A DNA stretch of 64,000 nucleotides from Novakomyces olei (taxonomy: Eukaryota), in NCBI GenBank assembly GCA_016906335.1, contig JADEYG010000001.1:744001-808000 (forward strand), in the 5' to 3' direction. The translations under genes and the position numbers were made by a program. Under the pieces are notes generated by a model that saw nothing but the letters and a program-made list of their open reading frames with translations, ran no database searches and had not been told where the DNA came from. Below are positions 49,912 through 63,683 of the stretch, in pieces; within the stretch, counting starts at the first letter, position 1, and each line of letters opens with the position of its first letter.

Positions 49912-52900
49912 ATGGCGCCCTACGAGGACGGTCGGGGCAAAACTCTGTTTTCGGTAAAGGCAATTTGACTGTAGGCAATGGCTGACCAATGACCAGCTCA
50001 GCGGAAAATGGGTTTCTGCTGCTCATTTAGTCTGCGGATACGGTGAGGCGCGTGACGCGTTTTGGTTCTAACTTTTGCTTGCAGGCGCGTTCCTGGGAGC
50101 CTTGGTCTGTGGCCTAGGCCTTCACTACCAAAAGGTGGGTGTAGCAGTCGTGTGCTTTGGTCTTACTTGTAGATTGTGAGGAACGAGTTTTACGGGTACC
50201 CTGAAGAATGGTTCCCTTCCGTGTCTGCTACAATCGGCGACTGGTACCCGGAACGATCGGTGTTTCATATATTTATTGCTCTCACTGCCAGTAAGTTTGT
50301 CGGCTGGCTGTTTTAACTTTTATTTAGCTCCGAGGTTTTTAATGCTCTTGCTGTGGTTTCTCTTGGTGTCCCGCAACGGCAACCTGACCAAAATCATTGG
50401 TGCTATCGGGTTTGTGAGAACAGTGTTATGCGGTGGATGGGTATATGTCTCTTCCACCGACGACCATCAATGGCACGATATCTTCATGATCACATACTTG
50501 TTGTCAAATATACCTTGGTTCTTTGGTGTAATTGGAGTATCAGTCCCCAACACTAAATCACAAAAATATCGCAAGCGAACGGCAATCCTTTTCTTCGGCT
50601 CAATTCCGCCATTGATATATTTTTTTATCCAGCACAAAGTACACCGGGTTCCAGGAGGTAATCATTGGCCTTGTTTTATACGCAGATTGGGTTTAATTTT
50701 ACAATATTTTTCGATTATTTTGTATTTGACAGTGGGTTGAAGTTTGGAATGAATTCCCGTCTCTTCTCTTTAATTCTCAATTTCACTTCATTGCACTATT
50801 CATTCATTTAGTATTTGCGCATATAAAAAGGTGCTCACCCTATTATATACTCTGAGCTTCGATTTCTGTATACTAATCCATTAGCTTACACAGTCTACTC
50901 GTTCTTGGAATGGTCGCTCGTGTTGTACGATGTTGCTTTCGATTCTTGCACGTACTGGGAGCTGTCCGGTTTGGCCATACAAGTTGTGGCCACCAAACCA
51001 AAGGGCAGCAGTAAAGGGTTGCAATACCACGCCTATGTTTAGCCGATGTTAACTTTTTGCAAAGGCTCCTGAACGAAGTCGAGAAGGACAATTCGCTACA
51101 GAATATACGGTACGAAGTGGCACATTTGTAGAAGCTTAGCTAACATGTTTTTATTCAGAGAAAGCAATTTTATGACTGCGAGACTGTTCACTGTATCAAG
51201 TTTTCTCGACTTTGTCGCGACGGCTTATTTAGCGGTAAGCATAGAAAATGCTTAAAGGTCGTTCAGGGTGCTGAATATACAGTTTGTCTTTTGGTCTATG
51301 CTCACCGGTCTCGGCGTCCTAATTTGGTGTAAGACTGACTTGATATCCATTTTTAATACCCAATCTTTCTACCCATTTTTCAATATGAATAGTGTTACTC
51401 GTGAACGGTTAAAGAGTCCACGTTCGTTTCACGAATCGAATTTGATGGGCTTGAAACTCGCCTTTTTACCTCTGTCCAACCTTCCTCTATCCCAAATCAA
51501 TCCTATCTTTATTTACTCTATTTCCTTTGTATTTCCAAACTTTTATTTGCTCTAACGCCACAGATTTCCCCCTCTGGCATATGGGCATTTCCGGGTACGA
51601 GGCAATCCTATTTTGCAATGTTTCACCCATCTTTCTTGCAATCCCTGGAGTCTACCGCCTGGCGGTTACAAGACCCGAACTCTTCCATTTCCTGTCTCTT
51701 ATGGGCGTTGCGGCGCGGTGGGTAATTCGGCCCAACCGAAGACTGCTTACAGCCGGAGGTGGCCTGTCTCTCTCCCTTATAGCGTGGATTGCCTCCTTCA
51801 AAGCCGGCAGCTACAACCAGCAGGTATTGCGCACAAAGATCAGTGCCTTTCTCTGTGGCCTTGTTGTCTCTGCAGTGGTCAAGTACGCCTTCCATACAAA
51901 CAACCCTATCTGGCCTGTTATGAACGAGCATACGCGTGGCCATAACGGTGCCGGGCTGGCTCTGGCTGTTGTAGCGGTCGCCTGGCTCTCTGTCTCCTCC
52001 CGCGGACACAGGCCACCGGTTCTGGCCACAGATACACTGCAGAACAATAGCCACGGGCCCCGTGGCTATTCTCGACTTGGATCCTGCCTGGTGCTGGCTG
52101 CGCTGCTGTACCAAGTCCAATTTATGGTATGTGAGCCGACCGCAATTATTCTCAATATCTGGGAAGGCTACCCCGTCCGTGGACCCCTGCCTGTCCCTCA
52201 CGGAGCCCTCTCTATCCTTGTGTTTGCCGCTGCTGTGGCGTACGCAAGCAGAAGCAGCTCGAGTCCACTGCTGAGCAGACCGGTCGTCTACGCTGCCTCG
52301 TGCTTTGCCATCACCCTGTACCACAATCTGAGTGGGTGGGTGGCCTACTCTGCCGGCCTGGCGTATGCTTTTCTAACGGTTGCCTCCCTTCCAGCCGCCC
52401 TGACAGAGGCTCTGCGCTTCCCTGTAGGCTCTACTTTTGCCACCGCATTTGCCATACTCGACGTGCTCGAGCTCATGTCCGTATGGGTCGTGGCCTACGC
52501 CTTTGTCCCAGGCGGACCGGCCCTGCGTGAACGGACATGGGTGATCCTGGCCGTGGTCCAGGTCATGCTGGCAGCAGGCTTGCCCTTTAGCGGAGCAGGC
52601 AGTAGCAGTAGCAGTAGTAGTAGTAGTAGTATTATAAGTAGCAGTATAGATAGCAGTAGCAGTAGCAGTAGTAGCAAGGCGCCAGGGCACTTTGATGCCA
52701 AGAGCCCTTCTGGCAAAAGGCTGCGAGCGTATTCCAGTCTTGTACTGGCCGGCAGCAGTCTTGTAGCGATTGCCATTGCCTACCTCCGTTTCCCGAGCTA
52801 CAACTACACTCCCTACCACGCTGAAGCGCACCTCTTTACCGCGGGAATATGGACAATCCATTTCGGTCTGGACAACGCCATGTGGGTCAGCGAGATCAGA

Positions 52901-53635
52901 GCGCGTGACGTCATTCGGCAGCTGGAGCTGGACGTGATTGGTCTGCTCGAGTCGGATACTCAGCGCATGATTGGCGGGTTCAGAGATATGACGCAGTTCC
53001 TGGCCGAGGATTTGGGCATGTACGCCGACTATGGGCCCAGCCCACGTACCCATACGTGGGGGGCAGCTCTGCTCTCAAAGTTCCCGATCGTACAATCAAC
53101 GCACCATTTACTGCCTTCGCCGGACGGCGAATTGGCGCCCGCAATTCACGCTACTCTGGACGTGTACGGTGAGCTGGTTGACGTCATTGTGTCCCACAAT
53201 GGGCAGGAGGAGACGCCGGTAGACCGGCGGCTGCAGGCTCTAGAGCTGGCCAGGATTATGAGAGAGAGCCCTCGGCCGTTTGTGTTTTTGGGCTACGTCG
53301 TATCCCACGTGGGCCAAGAGCCGCAGACTCTACTGACTATGGACAACGGGATGAAGAATATCGAGCCGGCTGACTGGGACCGATGGTGCGAGTACATCTT
53401 GTACCGCGGACTGAAACGCGTTGGGTACGCACGCCTAGACCGCGGGTCTATTACCGACACAGAGATCCAGTCGGGCAAGTTTGTCGTGGGCCAGGGCGAG
53501 GGCCAAGATACCCGTGTCGCCGAGGAGCAAGTGCCTCCAGAGTACAGGTACCCGGCAGTCTTCCGGGGGGACGGAGTACGCGGCCACAAGTACAACAACA
53601 ATGAGGTCGTCAAGGAGCCATGGTACTATGAGTAA
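49912..53635 (+). CDS. CWH43: Cwh43 (PGAP2-interacting GPI lipid remodelling protein)
   Basis: [21 protein letters not shown] (Frag1/DRAM/Sfk1 domain), [45 protein letters not shown]; many 5' introns. Confidence 0.96.
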
Positions 53636-53712
53636 TTAAAAGGATATAGTTGATAATAATAATTAAAAATTAAAAATTAAAAATTAAAAAATAGAAAATA
53701 ATGAATAATGAA

Positions 53713-53895
<183 letters not shown>

Positions 53896-53989
53896 TCTGT
53901 ATAGTATAGGTCGATTTGATTAATTAATTAATCCAATAATAGACGCAGCGCGTATTACGTCTTTATGAACAGCAGACAATAGCTCACCG

Positions 53990-55123
53990 ATGGATCTTCG
54001 GCGTCGGCTGACGAGCCTTGAATCGTCAGTCACGCCAGAAAAAGACGCTCGCCAAGTTGTCGATGACATCATCGGCAGTGACGCGGAGTGTGATGCGCTG
54101 CTGGATTACATTACGAGCGATGTTCCAGCGCTGAGTATTGCGCGAATATTGCTCTCAGCCTTTATCGAATCCGTAAAGCAGTCGGCACTGCCGCTTGAAA
54201 CCAAATGCGCTCGGCTGCAAAGTGCCCTTGGCAAAACCTCACAGCTGATGGTCCGTTTCGAGTCGGAGATTGTTGATTTACGAGAGACATTAGCGGATAT
54301 TCTGGCCGAGCTGGGACAGAACCAGGCGGCTTACCAGTGCCTAATGGGGATCCCTTTGGACTCTGGCCAGCGAGTCGTGTCGGACGCGTACAGGCTGCGG
54401 ATTTACGTTAAAATCGTAAGAAACATGATCGAGACAGGTGAGACGGCGGGGGCAGACGCGTTTATTAAACGGGCCGCTATGCTACAAAACGTGGAAACGG
54501 ACAAGGAAACGGATCTAAACTTTAGAATTTCATCCGCCAGAATCTCCCAGGTGCAGTGCAATTTTACAGAGGCCAGTTTGAAGTATTACCGGCTCAGTTT
54601 GGAGACGGTAGTTGCTGCGGATGAGAGGCAATTGTGCTTGGAAAGTGCAATTAATTGTGCTATTCTGGCACCAGCAGGACCCCAACGGTCACGAATACTC
54701 GGGCTGCTATACAAGGACGAAAGATCACCGCAATTGCCCTCGTTTCCCATACTCGTTCACACTTATGAGGATCAAATAATACTGCCAGAAGAAATGGAGG
54801 CCTTTGCCAGCCAGCTCACTGATGTGAGCAATACCCTGTCGAGAGCCATGATCGAGCACAATCTACTGGCTTGCTCAAAGATCTTTGATGCTCTGTCTTT
54901 TGCTGCTTTGGCGGATATCTTACACATTACGGCGGAGGGTGCGGAACAGGTGGCCTGCACTATGCTCGTACAGGGAAGGCTACGCGGGAAGATCGATCAG
55001 CGGGATTCTCTCGTTATTTTCCAGCCGGAACTGTACGAGAACCCTGCCGTTGTATCCAGCAATTCGATAGAGGCTTTTTGTAATGAAGTGGAAGACGCGT
55101 CGGCCCTGTTGACCAAAGCTTGA
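53990..55123 (+). CDS. CSN4: COP9 signalosome subunit 4
   Basis: GIPLDSGQR, LAPAGPQRSR.L..LYKDER, RAMIEHNLL, and PCI domain GRL.G.IDQ; intronless. Confidence 0.93.
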   Translation: MDLRRRLTSLESSVTPEKDARQVVDDIIGSDAECDALLDYITSDVPALSIARILLSAFIESVKQSALPLETKCARLQSALGKTSQLMVRFESEIVDLRETLADILAELGQNQAAYQCLMGIPLDSGQRVVSDAYRLRIYVKIVRNMIETGETAGADAFIKRAAMLQNVETDKETDLNFRISSARISQVQCNFTEASLKYYRLSLETVVAADERQLCLESAINCAILAPAGPQRSRILGLLYKDERSPQLPSFPILVHTYEDQIILPEEMEAFASQLTDVSNTLSRAMIEHNLLACSKIFDALSFAALADILHITAEGAEQVACTMLVQGRLRGKIDQRDSLVIFQPELYENPAVVSSNSIEAFCNEVEDASALLTKA

Positions 55124-55546
55124 TTCCGGCAAAGTAACGGTAACGTCGATCTGGATTTGCGTACTCAACGAATTGCACATATTTGCGGCCTGATGTATAC
55201 AAGTTGAAAAGTAGATTATAGTGGAATACACACAAGGCGGTGAATACGTAGAATGACGAATTATACATAAACAAAACAGATCATGCATACAATAATGACA
55301 AACACTCGACTAGAAACACCTGATCTGTACAAAATACAGACTATTAGCATATAGCGTACATCGCAATGCAACCCGATCCATCCCATAATGACAAATTATT
55401 AAACAATACACAGGATAAAAATTACAAATTATAAATCAAAAAGGTTAAAAGTAAACCTAAAGTTGAATAAAATATCAGGTACAAGAATATTATCAAAAAT
55501 GAATAAATAAATAAAAACACAGAAAATTAAGTAAAATATTCACAGG

Positions 55547-56824
55547 TCAACGAATCTGTGGATTCTTTTGTCCGCCAACAGGCTGGATCATTCCCAAAGC
55601 TGTAATCTCATAGCGTACTCCATTGGAATTTGCAGGATTGCTCTTTGTGTACTCTGAAGGAGCAATAGATCGCGTTTGTGTCATAATACTCTTGGAGTCA
55701 AACATATCAAGCGGGTCAGACTCAATAAGTCCGTTATAATCACCTCGCCGCAAAGCCTGACGAAACTCCTTTTCCCGGCGAATCTTGCGATCACGCAGAA
55801 CTTCGTCTTCGTTGCGAGTAAGCAGCCCCTTAATATTTATAATGAGGACGATAACAATAGGCGGCAGCCACCCGAGCGGAACAAGCTTGGCCAGCGGGAC
55901 CAGCGGGTTCAGGGAGCTAATCTCGTAATCCCAAAATTGGCAAATTTGAAAGATGGTACGAATAGTCGCAAAAGCGGTACAAAGCACGATTGACACGACT
56001 TCAATGCTCTTTAAATTCGGATACCACGACACCACAGTCATGACAAAGGACGCGTAAATGTGCAGGAGGCCAATAAGGGCCACAATCCCACTGGCGCGAA
56101 ATCTATTGTCCATAGCGGCGCCTGGAACAAGCCTTGCCACCCGGGTCCACGGCCGGAGGGCGCCAAGCAGTAAGCAGACAACACCAAAAGCATAAAAGCT
56201 TATCGGCAGGGCAAACTCGAGCTTAAAAGTCAGGCGCGACTGCTCTTGGTGGCTGGAAAAATCGGCATTTTCATCCTTGTACCGGTCCCGGCTCTGTTTA
56301 TTCCATCCGCGTGTCAGTTCCCATACACAAGCCAGCATGCAGGGACACGAAGCCTGGAACAGGAGACCATAGATAGACATAGCAGTGCCCTGAGCAACAT
56401 CACGATTCACGTCCATATAAAAGAACCCTGCGACACAAACAACAGCTGAAGTAATAAGGCACCAATAGTATTCCCACCGATTCGGATGCGGCATCAACTT
56501 GTTCCGGTGGAAGTAGGAACGGCCGTGTTTACGCAAATTGTACAGTGTAAAAGGGATAAACAGACCACAAATGACTCCGAGGACAATTCCCGTAATTCCG
56601 TGCGAAGCAATCGGGTCGCCGGGAGCATCGCAAGCGGTTCCATTCACAACAGTGCCGTTGTGGAAGATAACGGGTAAACTGTAAGTTTGCCGGAGTAGAT
56701 AGCACCTTGTATAATTGCTAAACGTGCCATTGTCATACTGAGTGTAGTTGAAGTAGTGGAAAATGTCAAGTTGCGAAGAGTTTAGTGTGTTTACGGGGAC
56801 AGGTAGATTGCTAGTCGTGACCAT
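55547..56824 (-). CDS. Fungal multi-pass membrane protein (DUF2434-like)
   Basis: N-glycosylation sequons in a luminal N-terminus (NGTFSN..CYL...NGT.C..P), then LRKHG, RW.YYW, DV.R, WE..R.W and several TM segments. Confidence 0.78.
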   Translation of the reverse strand: MVTTSNLPVPVNTLNSSQLDIFHYFNYTQYDNGTFSNYTRCYLLRQTYSLPVIFHNGTVVNGTACDAPGDPIASHGITGIVLGVICGLFIPFTLYNLRKHGRSYFHRNKLMPHPNRWEYYWCLITSAVVCVAGFFYMDVNRDVAQGTAMSIYGLLFQASCPCMLACVWELTRGWNKQSRDRYKDENADFSSHQEQSRLTFKLEFALPISFYAFGVVCLLLGALRPWTRVARLVPGAAMDNRFRASGIVALIGLLHIYASFVMTVVSWYPNLKSIEVVSIVLCTAFATIRTIFQICQFWDYEISSLNPLVPLAKLVPLGWLPPIVIVLIINIKGLLTRNEDEVLRDRKIRREKEFRQALRRGDYNGLIESDPLDMFDSKSIMTQTRSIAPSEYTKSNPANSNGVRYEITALGMIQPVGGQKNPQIR

Positions 56825-56853
56825 TGCTGTTTGCCTCTGCAAGTGTGCTCTAT

Positions 56854-56884
<31 letters not shown>

Positions 56885-56946
56885 GTTATTTAATAATAAC
56901 AATAATAATAACAATAATAATATTATTATTATTATTATCTACTCAC

Positions 56947-57523
56947 ATGGCGTCAAGTGCAACGAATCAAACTCTGTCTAACCGTGAAGAAACTAGCGCC
57001 AAGATTGGTAAGTCACTACGCTTATCTAAAGCTTATTGTGTTAGGCAGACTGCTTTTACATGGCTATGCCTTACTCGACGATACCTGTCCAGAAGCGACT
57101 TGTCTTGGGGTTTGTAGAATACCGAGCAGACAGTTTCCTAACGCACAGGTCCCATTAATGCGCACTCCAGATCGCTCTAAAAAAATTTGCGTTTTTTGCA
57201 ACAATGAGTACCCCGTAGATCGGCCTGCTCAGTCCCACAGACAGACAAACGGATTGACTAACGGATTGAGTAACGGCTTGAGTAACGGCTTGATTAGAGA
57301 TACCGATAATGCTCCCAACAATATCAGTAGCATGCACGTCGAGGGGGATACTAAGCCGGAAGATTCTCTGTTTACAAGCAGTATTGCCGCTACTCGCGAC
57401 AATATTGCACAGTTTATGCGAGACTTATCGGGCAAAGTGGCTTCGGGACAGATCGACACCGCTTATGGTCTAGAAGCCCTTCAACGATGCACAGAGATTC
57501 TCAAAGGACTCTCTGGATATTGA
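56947..57523 (+). CDS. SSSCA1/ZNRD2-like (Auto_anti-p27) zinc-ribbon protein
   Basis: Spliced SAKIG|RLLLHGYALLDDTCP...C.G|VPLMR...CVFC. Confidence 0.85.
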
Positions 57524-57700
57524 TACAGGATCAAGTGACAACTATAGAATCAAAATTCCAAGCGGCATATCAAAACGTGGTATTTTTGCTAAATAAAAAA
57601 TGGACAAGATAGGAACTGTATGCTCTTACTATTCTCCAATTCTTCACGCTTATAAACCAAAACAGCTCACCGAGAACAATACGACCAAAATTCACAAAAA

Positions 57701-60637
57701 TCAAACGTCACGACTCCACATTTGCATAGCACTCAAGTTTGCTAAATGACGCATTGTCGGTCGGCCATGAGGACAGTTCCAAGGCTTATCAAGCGTACCA
57801 AGGTTTCGTACAACCTTCTCCATAGTGGCACGGGTCAAATGCTTTCCGATCATTATACTGGAACGGCATGCACGCATAGCAAACATTTTGTCTACCTTTG
57901 AGCATTGCACGCTGTCTGATTGAGGATCATCACAAAGCAGCTGAATAAGCTCATGCAAGTCCTGATAGTCAAATACTATATTTTTGCTCAAAGGCTGAGC
58001 GAGTATACGACATCTTTGTCCCGGAGGCTGCGAGGAATCTACCTCTAACTCAAAGCCGCTTCTACGTATCCTTTCTATGTTATCAATAGCCACCAGCTCT
58101 TCCACCGTGGACAACTGTATCGATCTGGGTTTAACCAAATGCTGAGTATCGATTTTGGTAGTTGATTTTAACCTTTCGTAATTATATTTTTCATCGCTCG
58201 CATGCTGATCGATGATAAACAAGTCTCGATCACTTGCGTCCTTTTGCGACCGCAGTGTTACTAGAATAAAACCTAAATTGAACTGGCCCACAATTTGCAT
58301 TTTCGCGAACATGGCTTTAGTCACACTTAGGGTTAATGATTCTTCTGCCTTGTCATCTGCTACATCCGCAACAATATTCGTATTGCTGCTTTTATTGCAC
58401 GATAGCGGCTCATAGCAAAGCTGCTTGTTTCGCCTTGCTATTCCTTTCATGTTTAATGAAATTGACAATGTCGAATTTAAAAGGCCCTCGTCCGTCGTTT
58501 GCTTACTTGCCCCTAAAACCTTTTGCACTCGACTTCCCAGATCAAACGAAGAAGAGCCAGAGCTGGTGTTGGGAACTGTCCCAACAACTTCCTTGGTCAT
58601 TCTTCTCTTTTTAAGTAGAGGTGAATCATCCGGAGCAGAAGTAACTGCTTCTGGTACACAACAAGACACGTCCATAGGAACACTCTCCAGGTCGGACGTG
58701 CTTGCCTTTGGACGCGTTACGGAAATTGGTTGTTTTGGGGAGGGAGACAAATTCGAAATAGACTCTTGCTGCTGCTTGACTTTTGACTTTATTGAAGGTT
58801 CTTCTTTTTGTTCTTGTGCAGAATAGAACAAAAGTTTAAACGATTTGTCAAAGGCTGGCGGGCTGTGATGAATAGTGGGGCCTGATTTTTTGGGCTCGTC
58901 AGTCTCATCAAGCGCGCTTTGCTGATCGTGAATTTCTCCTTGCACTGTACGGCCCTCTGGATCTGGCGGAGATTTTTCGCTGTGCACAGCGTCTTCCATT
59001 TGAGAATCTACTGAATAGGCATTCGGAGCATTGATGTTTTGGGGCTCTGGAAGATTCGTTGCGGTGTTCATTGATGAGTTTTGCGAGTCCTTGGATTCGT
59101 CTTCCAGTCGAAAAGAAAAGACTGAAGTAGAGCTAATTTGTTCACTATCGTTTTGCTGCTGCTTTGACCCGTACGTTTTAGGAGAAGGGTTATCGTTGTA
59201 ATGGGGCACTGCTTGCTCAGCTCTTTCGACTGAAGATAGTAGATCATCTCCGGCGGGGATAGGGGCGGAGATTCCATTCCTTGAAAACGTCATACTGTCA
59301 AAAACACGAGGGAGCAATTCCCTTAACTTTTCCACAATGTCTGCCTCGTTGTGGAGCATAATGCTGCGCTTATCCGGTGAAAGATTGACATCATAAGAAG
59401 CAGTATCGAGCATGACATCAATACAGAAGAATGGGGTTTGGTTCGAGCTGTACAAGCGAAATATCTCGACAAATATACGAGCAATCTTGGGTATCAAAAC
59501 AGGCCTTGAGTTCACAAACATCATTTGCCGATCATTACTTGCAGCACGTGTTGTGAGAGTATGTGGATTTGAAAGCAATCCGCTCATTTGAACAGATCTT
59601 TTTCCATTTTTTGTCTCAATTTCGAATTTCAAATCGATCGGCAGCAGTTCACTGGCTAATTTGCTTCCGAAAATATCAGCAACTGCTTGCCTCGGCTCAG
59701 TACCGTTGCCCCCACGGGTCTGGATATGAATGGAACGATCACGGGATCTGACCGTCTGATTCGATACAAGAAATCGCACTTTCGACATGATCACAGCATA
59801 GTTTTGTAGAAAGGTTAAGGCCTTACTGTACTCACGCTTGGCATTTTTTTCTAGCTCCCTACGCCGGACAGGAATTTCGGAAAATAATCCAGACACACGA
59901 ATAATCATGCCTCTCTACGAATTACAGATGGTTAATAATTTTAAAATTTAAAAAAATAAAATTACAAAAAAAAAATAAGAGTATAAACGTACCTTGGCCG
60001 AGATGGGCCGGTTTGACGCGAGCCTCCCACTGTTGTCAAACTGTAGACGACGACCCATAGGAGCTTCATCGCTCGTACAAGTTGTAATTTCGACTTGTGC
60101 CAGAGCGCATAAAGAGCTTAGAGCCTCCCCTCTAAATCCGAATGTTCTGACGGACAAAAGGTCTCCAAAGTCCGTGAGCTTGGAGGTACAATGCTTTTGG
60201 GCTATCGATTAGAATTTGCTTACAAGCTCAGAGAAGCGTATTCGTTTTGTATAAGGCGTTACCTATAAGCTCATAGTCTTGACTAGCGATACCGCTGCCG
60301 TCATCAGTGACTTCGATCGCATCGAGACCGTAATTAGAAAACTTGACTTCTGCAATTATTTAGATATCAGGCTTGTCTGAAATTTTATTTTAAATTTGTT
60401 TTTTTTAAAATATTGCTAGGACCTCTCCTTCCATATAGCACGCCGTGCTTCTGTGAAGTCGCCTTACCTATTTGTCTAGCTCCACTATCAAGAGAATTCT
60501 CAACCAGTTCCTTCACCGCCGTAGCGATGCTAACGATAACCTGTCCAGAGCATATTTGATGTACAGTAGTCGCGTCAATCGCTACACAAATCAGCGTCTG
60601 GAAATATCCGGCATTTACCTTTGACTGAGCGATTCAT
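57701..60637 (-). CDS. PMS1: MutL-alpha endonuclease subunit Pms1 (human PMS2 orthologue)
   Basis: ICSGQVI...[38 protein letters not shown] and CPHGRP; several 5' introns. Confidence 0.97.
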
Positions 60638-60976
60638 AAGATAAGACCTGACCACAGGCTACATGCTTTGACGCGCCTTGCGCGTAATACATATAAATTA
60701 TTAATGATTGATTTTAATTCTGAATAATATAATATAATATAATGTAATATAATATAATATAATTTATTTATTTCTGTCTAAAAGAACATTTGGCTCTTAT
60801 TCATAGAAATAACACGACACGACGGCCCACAGCAACAATGCAGTAACAAAGTTTTGGGACAAGTCAGATACTAGAATCGAGATGACAAGAGACGAAATGT
60901 AGCGAATACATTCAATATATACAAAATAATCGAAATATATACAAAGTGGCAGATGAGAGCAATACATATACAAAGC

Positions 60977-61763
60977 TCAATGCTTCGTCAGGTACTCGTA
61001 CGCCGCTTCAGCGCGTTCGAGTTTCGCAACGATCGCCGGTACGTTCTTCAATATTAGATTTTGCTTGTGATAAATTTCATACCGCCTTTAGACGTGCCAA
61101 AATAGCAGTGGAGTCTTGAAAGTTTTCATGGACTTCTTCTTCTCTCTCGATGGGAGGTAGCTCATTGAGCGGCTGTGGCGCTGTTTCTGTAGGCTCTATA
61201 CTCTCGTCCTTTCCATACTCGGCTGCCAAGTATTTTTCATAGTTGCCTCTAATTGTTGCTGGATATGAACGGCGTAGATGCGCTACGCGTGTCTGTGCTT
61301 CCTCGATCTGCGCCATTAAATCCTGTACCTGGCTCCTTAAATTTGTATCAAACGGCTCAAGTGCTAAAGTTAGAGTCACCAGTTTAACCGTTTCCTACCA
61401 TCAGTTTCTATAGAAGCCTCGGAAACATTAGTGCCATCGATGCCATTGATCGAAACATTGTGCAGTGCCATGGCAAACATTGCCTGGTGAAACTATAAAT
61501 TCGTGAGAACTCAATTTCCATCTTGATCGTACCTCGCTTAGATAATCTTGTACAGACCGGCGCAACGCGTCTTCTGCATCATTGGCATTATCAAGGGCAC
61601 GTACAGGCACATGTGCTTGTAATTTGTCAATAAGTGCCTTCCAAACATTCGATTTGACAAATGTCCAATCTTGAACGCTAGACGTAAGAACTGGACATTG
61701 AATTTTCTCTTACTCCTCAAGACTAATCTTGGGCAAGGATTGATCTTGCCGCGTTAGCGACAT
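60977..61763 (-). CDS. Kinetochore Mis12-complex subunit Mis14/Nsl1
   Basis: Spliced ORF with EPFD..LR.QV..L..QIE.....VA.LRR.YP and a C-terminal VP..VAKLERA. Confidence 0.75.
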
Positions 61764-61797
61764 TGCCTCTGCCTGGCAATATACAAACTCGAGTACG

Positions 61798-61966
<169 letters not shown>

Positions 61967-62339
61967 GATTGACTACTTGCTTGGATCTACTTATCCAGTA
62001 TCCATCTCCATTACTTGAAATACGCTAGATAAAGCTACGGGCCATATAATATTACGTGCCGTAAACGATATTACTCCACCCTATTCAACAAATAATAAGA
62101 GAGTATACTATGAGGCTAACAATAGCCCGGATTATGAGGCAGCCCCGGCCACCCGTCTCTGCGATTAAACCTCCATTGTCTAAACTTCAACCCTGACCGC
62201 CTGCTGGCCTTGAACCGGAGGACTCGTACGAAATAAAATGAAAATAAGAATAGCAAATTGATGATATCACAAAGCAAACAAACCAAATCTAAACTCCTCT
62301 CCGCATTTAACCAATTTCCAACTCCCTTATTCCATATAC

Positions 62340-62772
62340 TCATTCCGACGGAAAGACGTTATCATCATCATCGAGGTAGACTTCGTGTACTTGTACTGCT
62401 TCATTTCCATCGCCACCGTCATCGTGACGGCTGGCTTCTGCTCGCCCCATGTAAGAGTAATCGTAACGGCTAAAGAATAGATCTAAAACGCCAATCAGTT
62501 CGGGTATGCAAAAGAGAGCATTGAGTCAAAATTATAAAGGCCTTACCCTGATTCCAAGCAAAACCTTGTCCGGATCTGACATAGATTACAGGCAATGGTG
62601 TACGCGGATTGCGTGACAGGTCAAACGACCCATACTCCTGTGAGGAAAGCGATGAGGAAATTAAGGACGACGGGCTATGAAGTGTGGTTGACGGAGTAGA
62701 GTATGTAGAAGCCGAAGCACCGGTAGGTGCTTCGTTTGCCGCCTTCCGCGGGATTCGAACTGGAGTTGTCAT
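62340..62772 (-). CDS. Small Ser-rich hypothetical protein with a GQGFAWNQDLF motif
   Basis: Exon 1 ends WNQ, then a GTAAGG...TTTAG intron. Exon 2 reads DLFFSRY...VQVHEVYLDDDDNVFPSE*. Confidence 0.7.
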
Positions 62773-62804
62773 TTGTTGGTCGGAAGGTGAGTCGATATTG
62801 ACTT

Positions 62805-62835
<31 letters not shown>

Positions 62836-63683
62836 CCTGCCTTATCACGATGATCAGAAATAATGCACTAATACATGGAGTGGTTATACCCAAGTAATCA
62901 ATCGTATAGAACAAACCAATCATGCACAAGGAGAGCTTATTGTGTAATATCGCGTGTCATGCAATGCTTTATACAAGTAATAAGAAGCAAGTAATAACAA
63001 GTGCTTGATTTTATGTCAATATATATTTAAAACTCGTGTGCAGACATGGCGACACATACTTTAATTACCGTGGTCGGCAACAGGTACTGGTTGTTAAACG
63101 GCCAAGGATTCTATACTCGAGGTCATATACAGATCCACACCTGGCTTTCTAATTGAATAAATGGAGATTTGAATAAACGAAGAGCTGTGCATGGAAAGCT
63201 TTACGAATTTGTTAGCCACAGTGGGACAAGCCAGCATTATCGATAACACAAATAATAAAGAATATTTAGCCAGCGTGCTAAGAGCACATCGCGCGAAAGT
63301 GTTGATTAATATATACAATATCTAAATATCTAATGCGTACAATACAATTTAGAAAAATACGATTGCAACTTTGTATCATCATCCTCTCAAAAGTTGGGAC
63401 AGAAATATTAAGAAAAGAATAAAGAAAATAAAATATGTCTTAAAACGCCGTGTATAACAGGCTCGGGACGCGTTGAGCATACAAAATTGCTGTACTGCCC
63501 CGTCCGACGATAATCGTATCTATCGCTCCGCCCTTGATTATTCCAGAATGCAAACTTCCCCATTTCATTTGTGTTTTGCTCGTGTATCCTGGCTCTGTAT
63601 AATGATTAGCACAGCCCCCTTGGTCGACTGTATTGCGTATTTCATTTCATTCCCTTGATTTTTCTAATTTGATTCCAATTTAT

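Noticed and set aside
51623-53053. Long antisense ORFs (233 and 226 aa) opposite CWH43, and similar ones opposite ERG4, the WW gene, RRP6 and SPT16
   Set aside because: Shadow ORFs of biased coding sequence with no recognisable domains.
62750-62765. B-box-like GTTCGAATCC on the minus strand
   Set aside because: It lies in coding sequence (PVRIP) with no A-box or cloverleaf.
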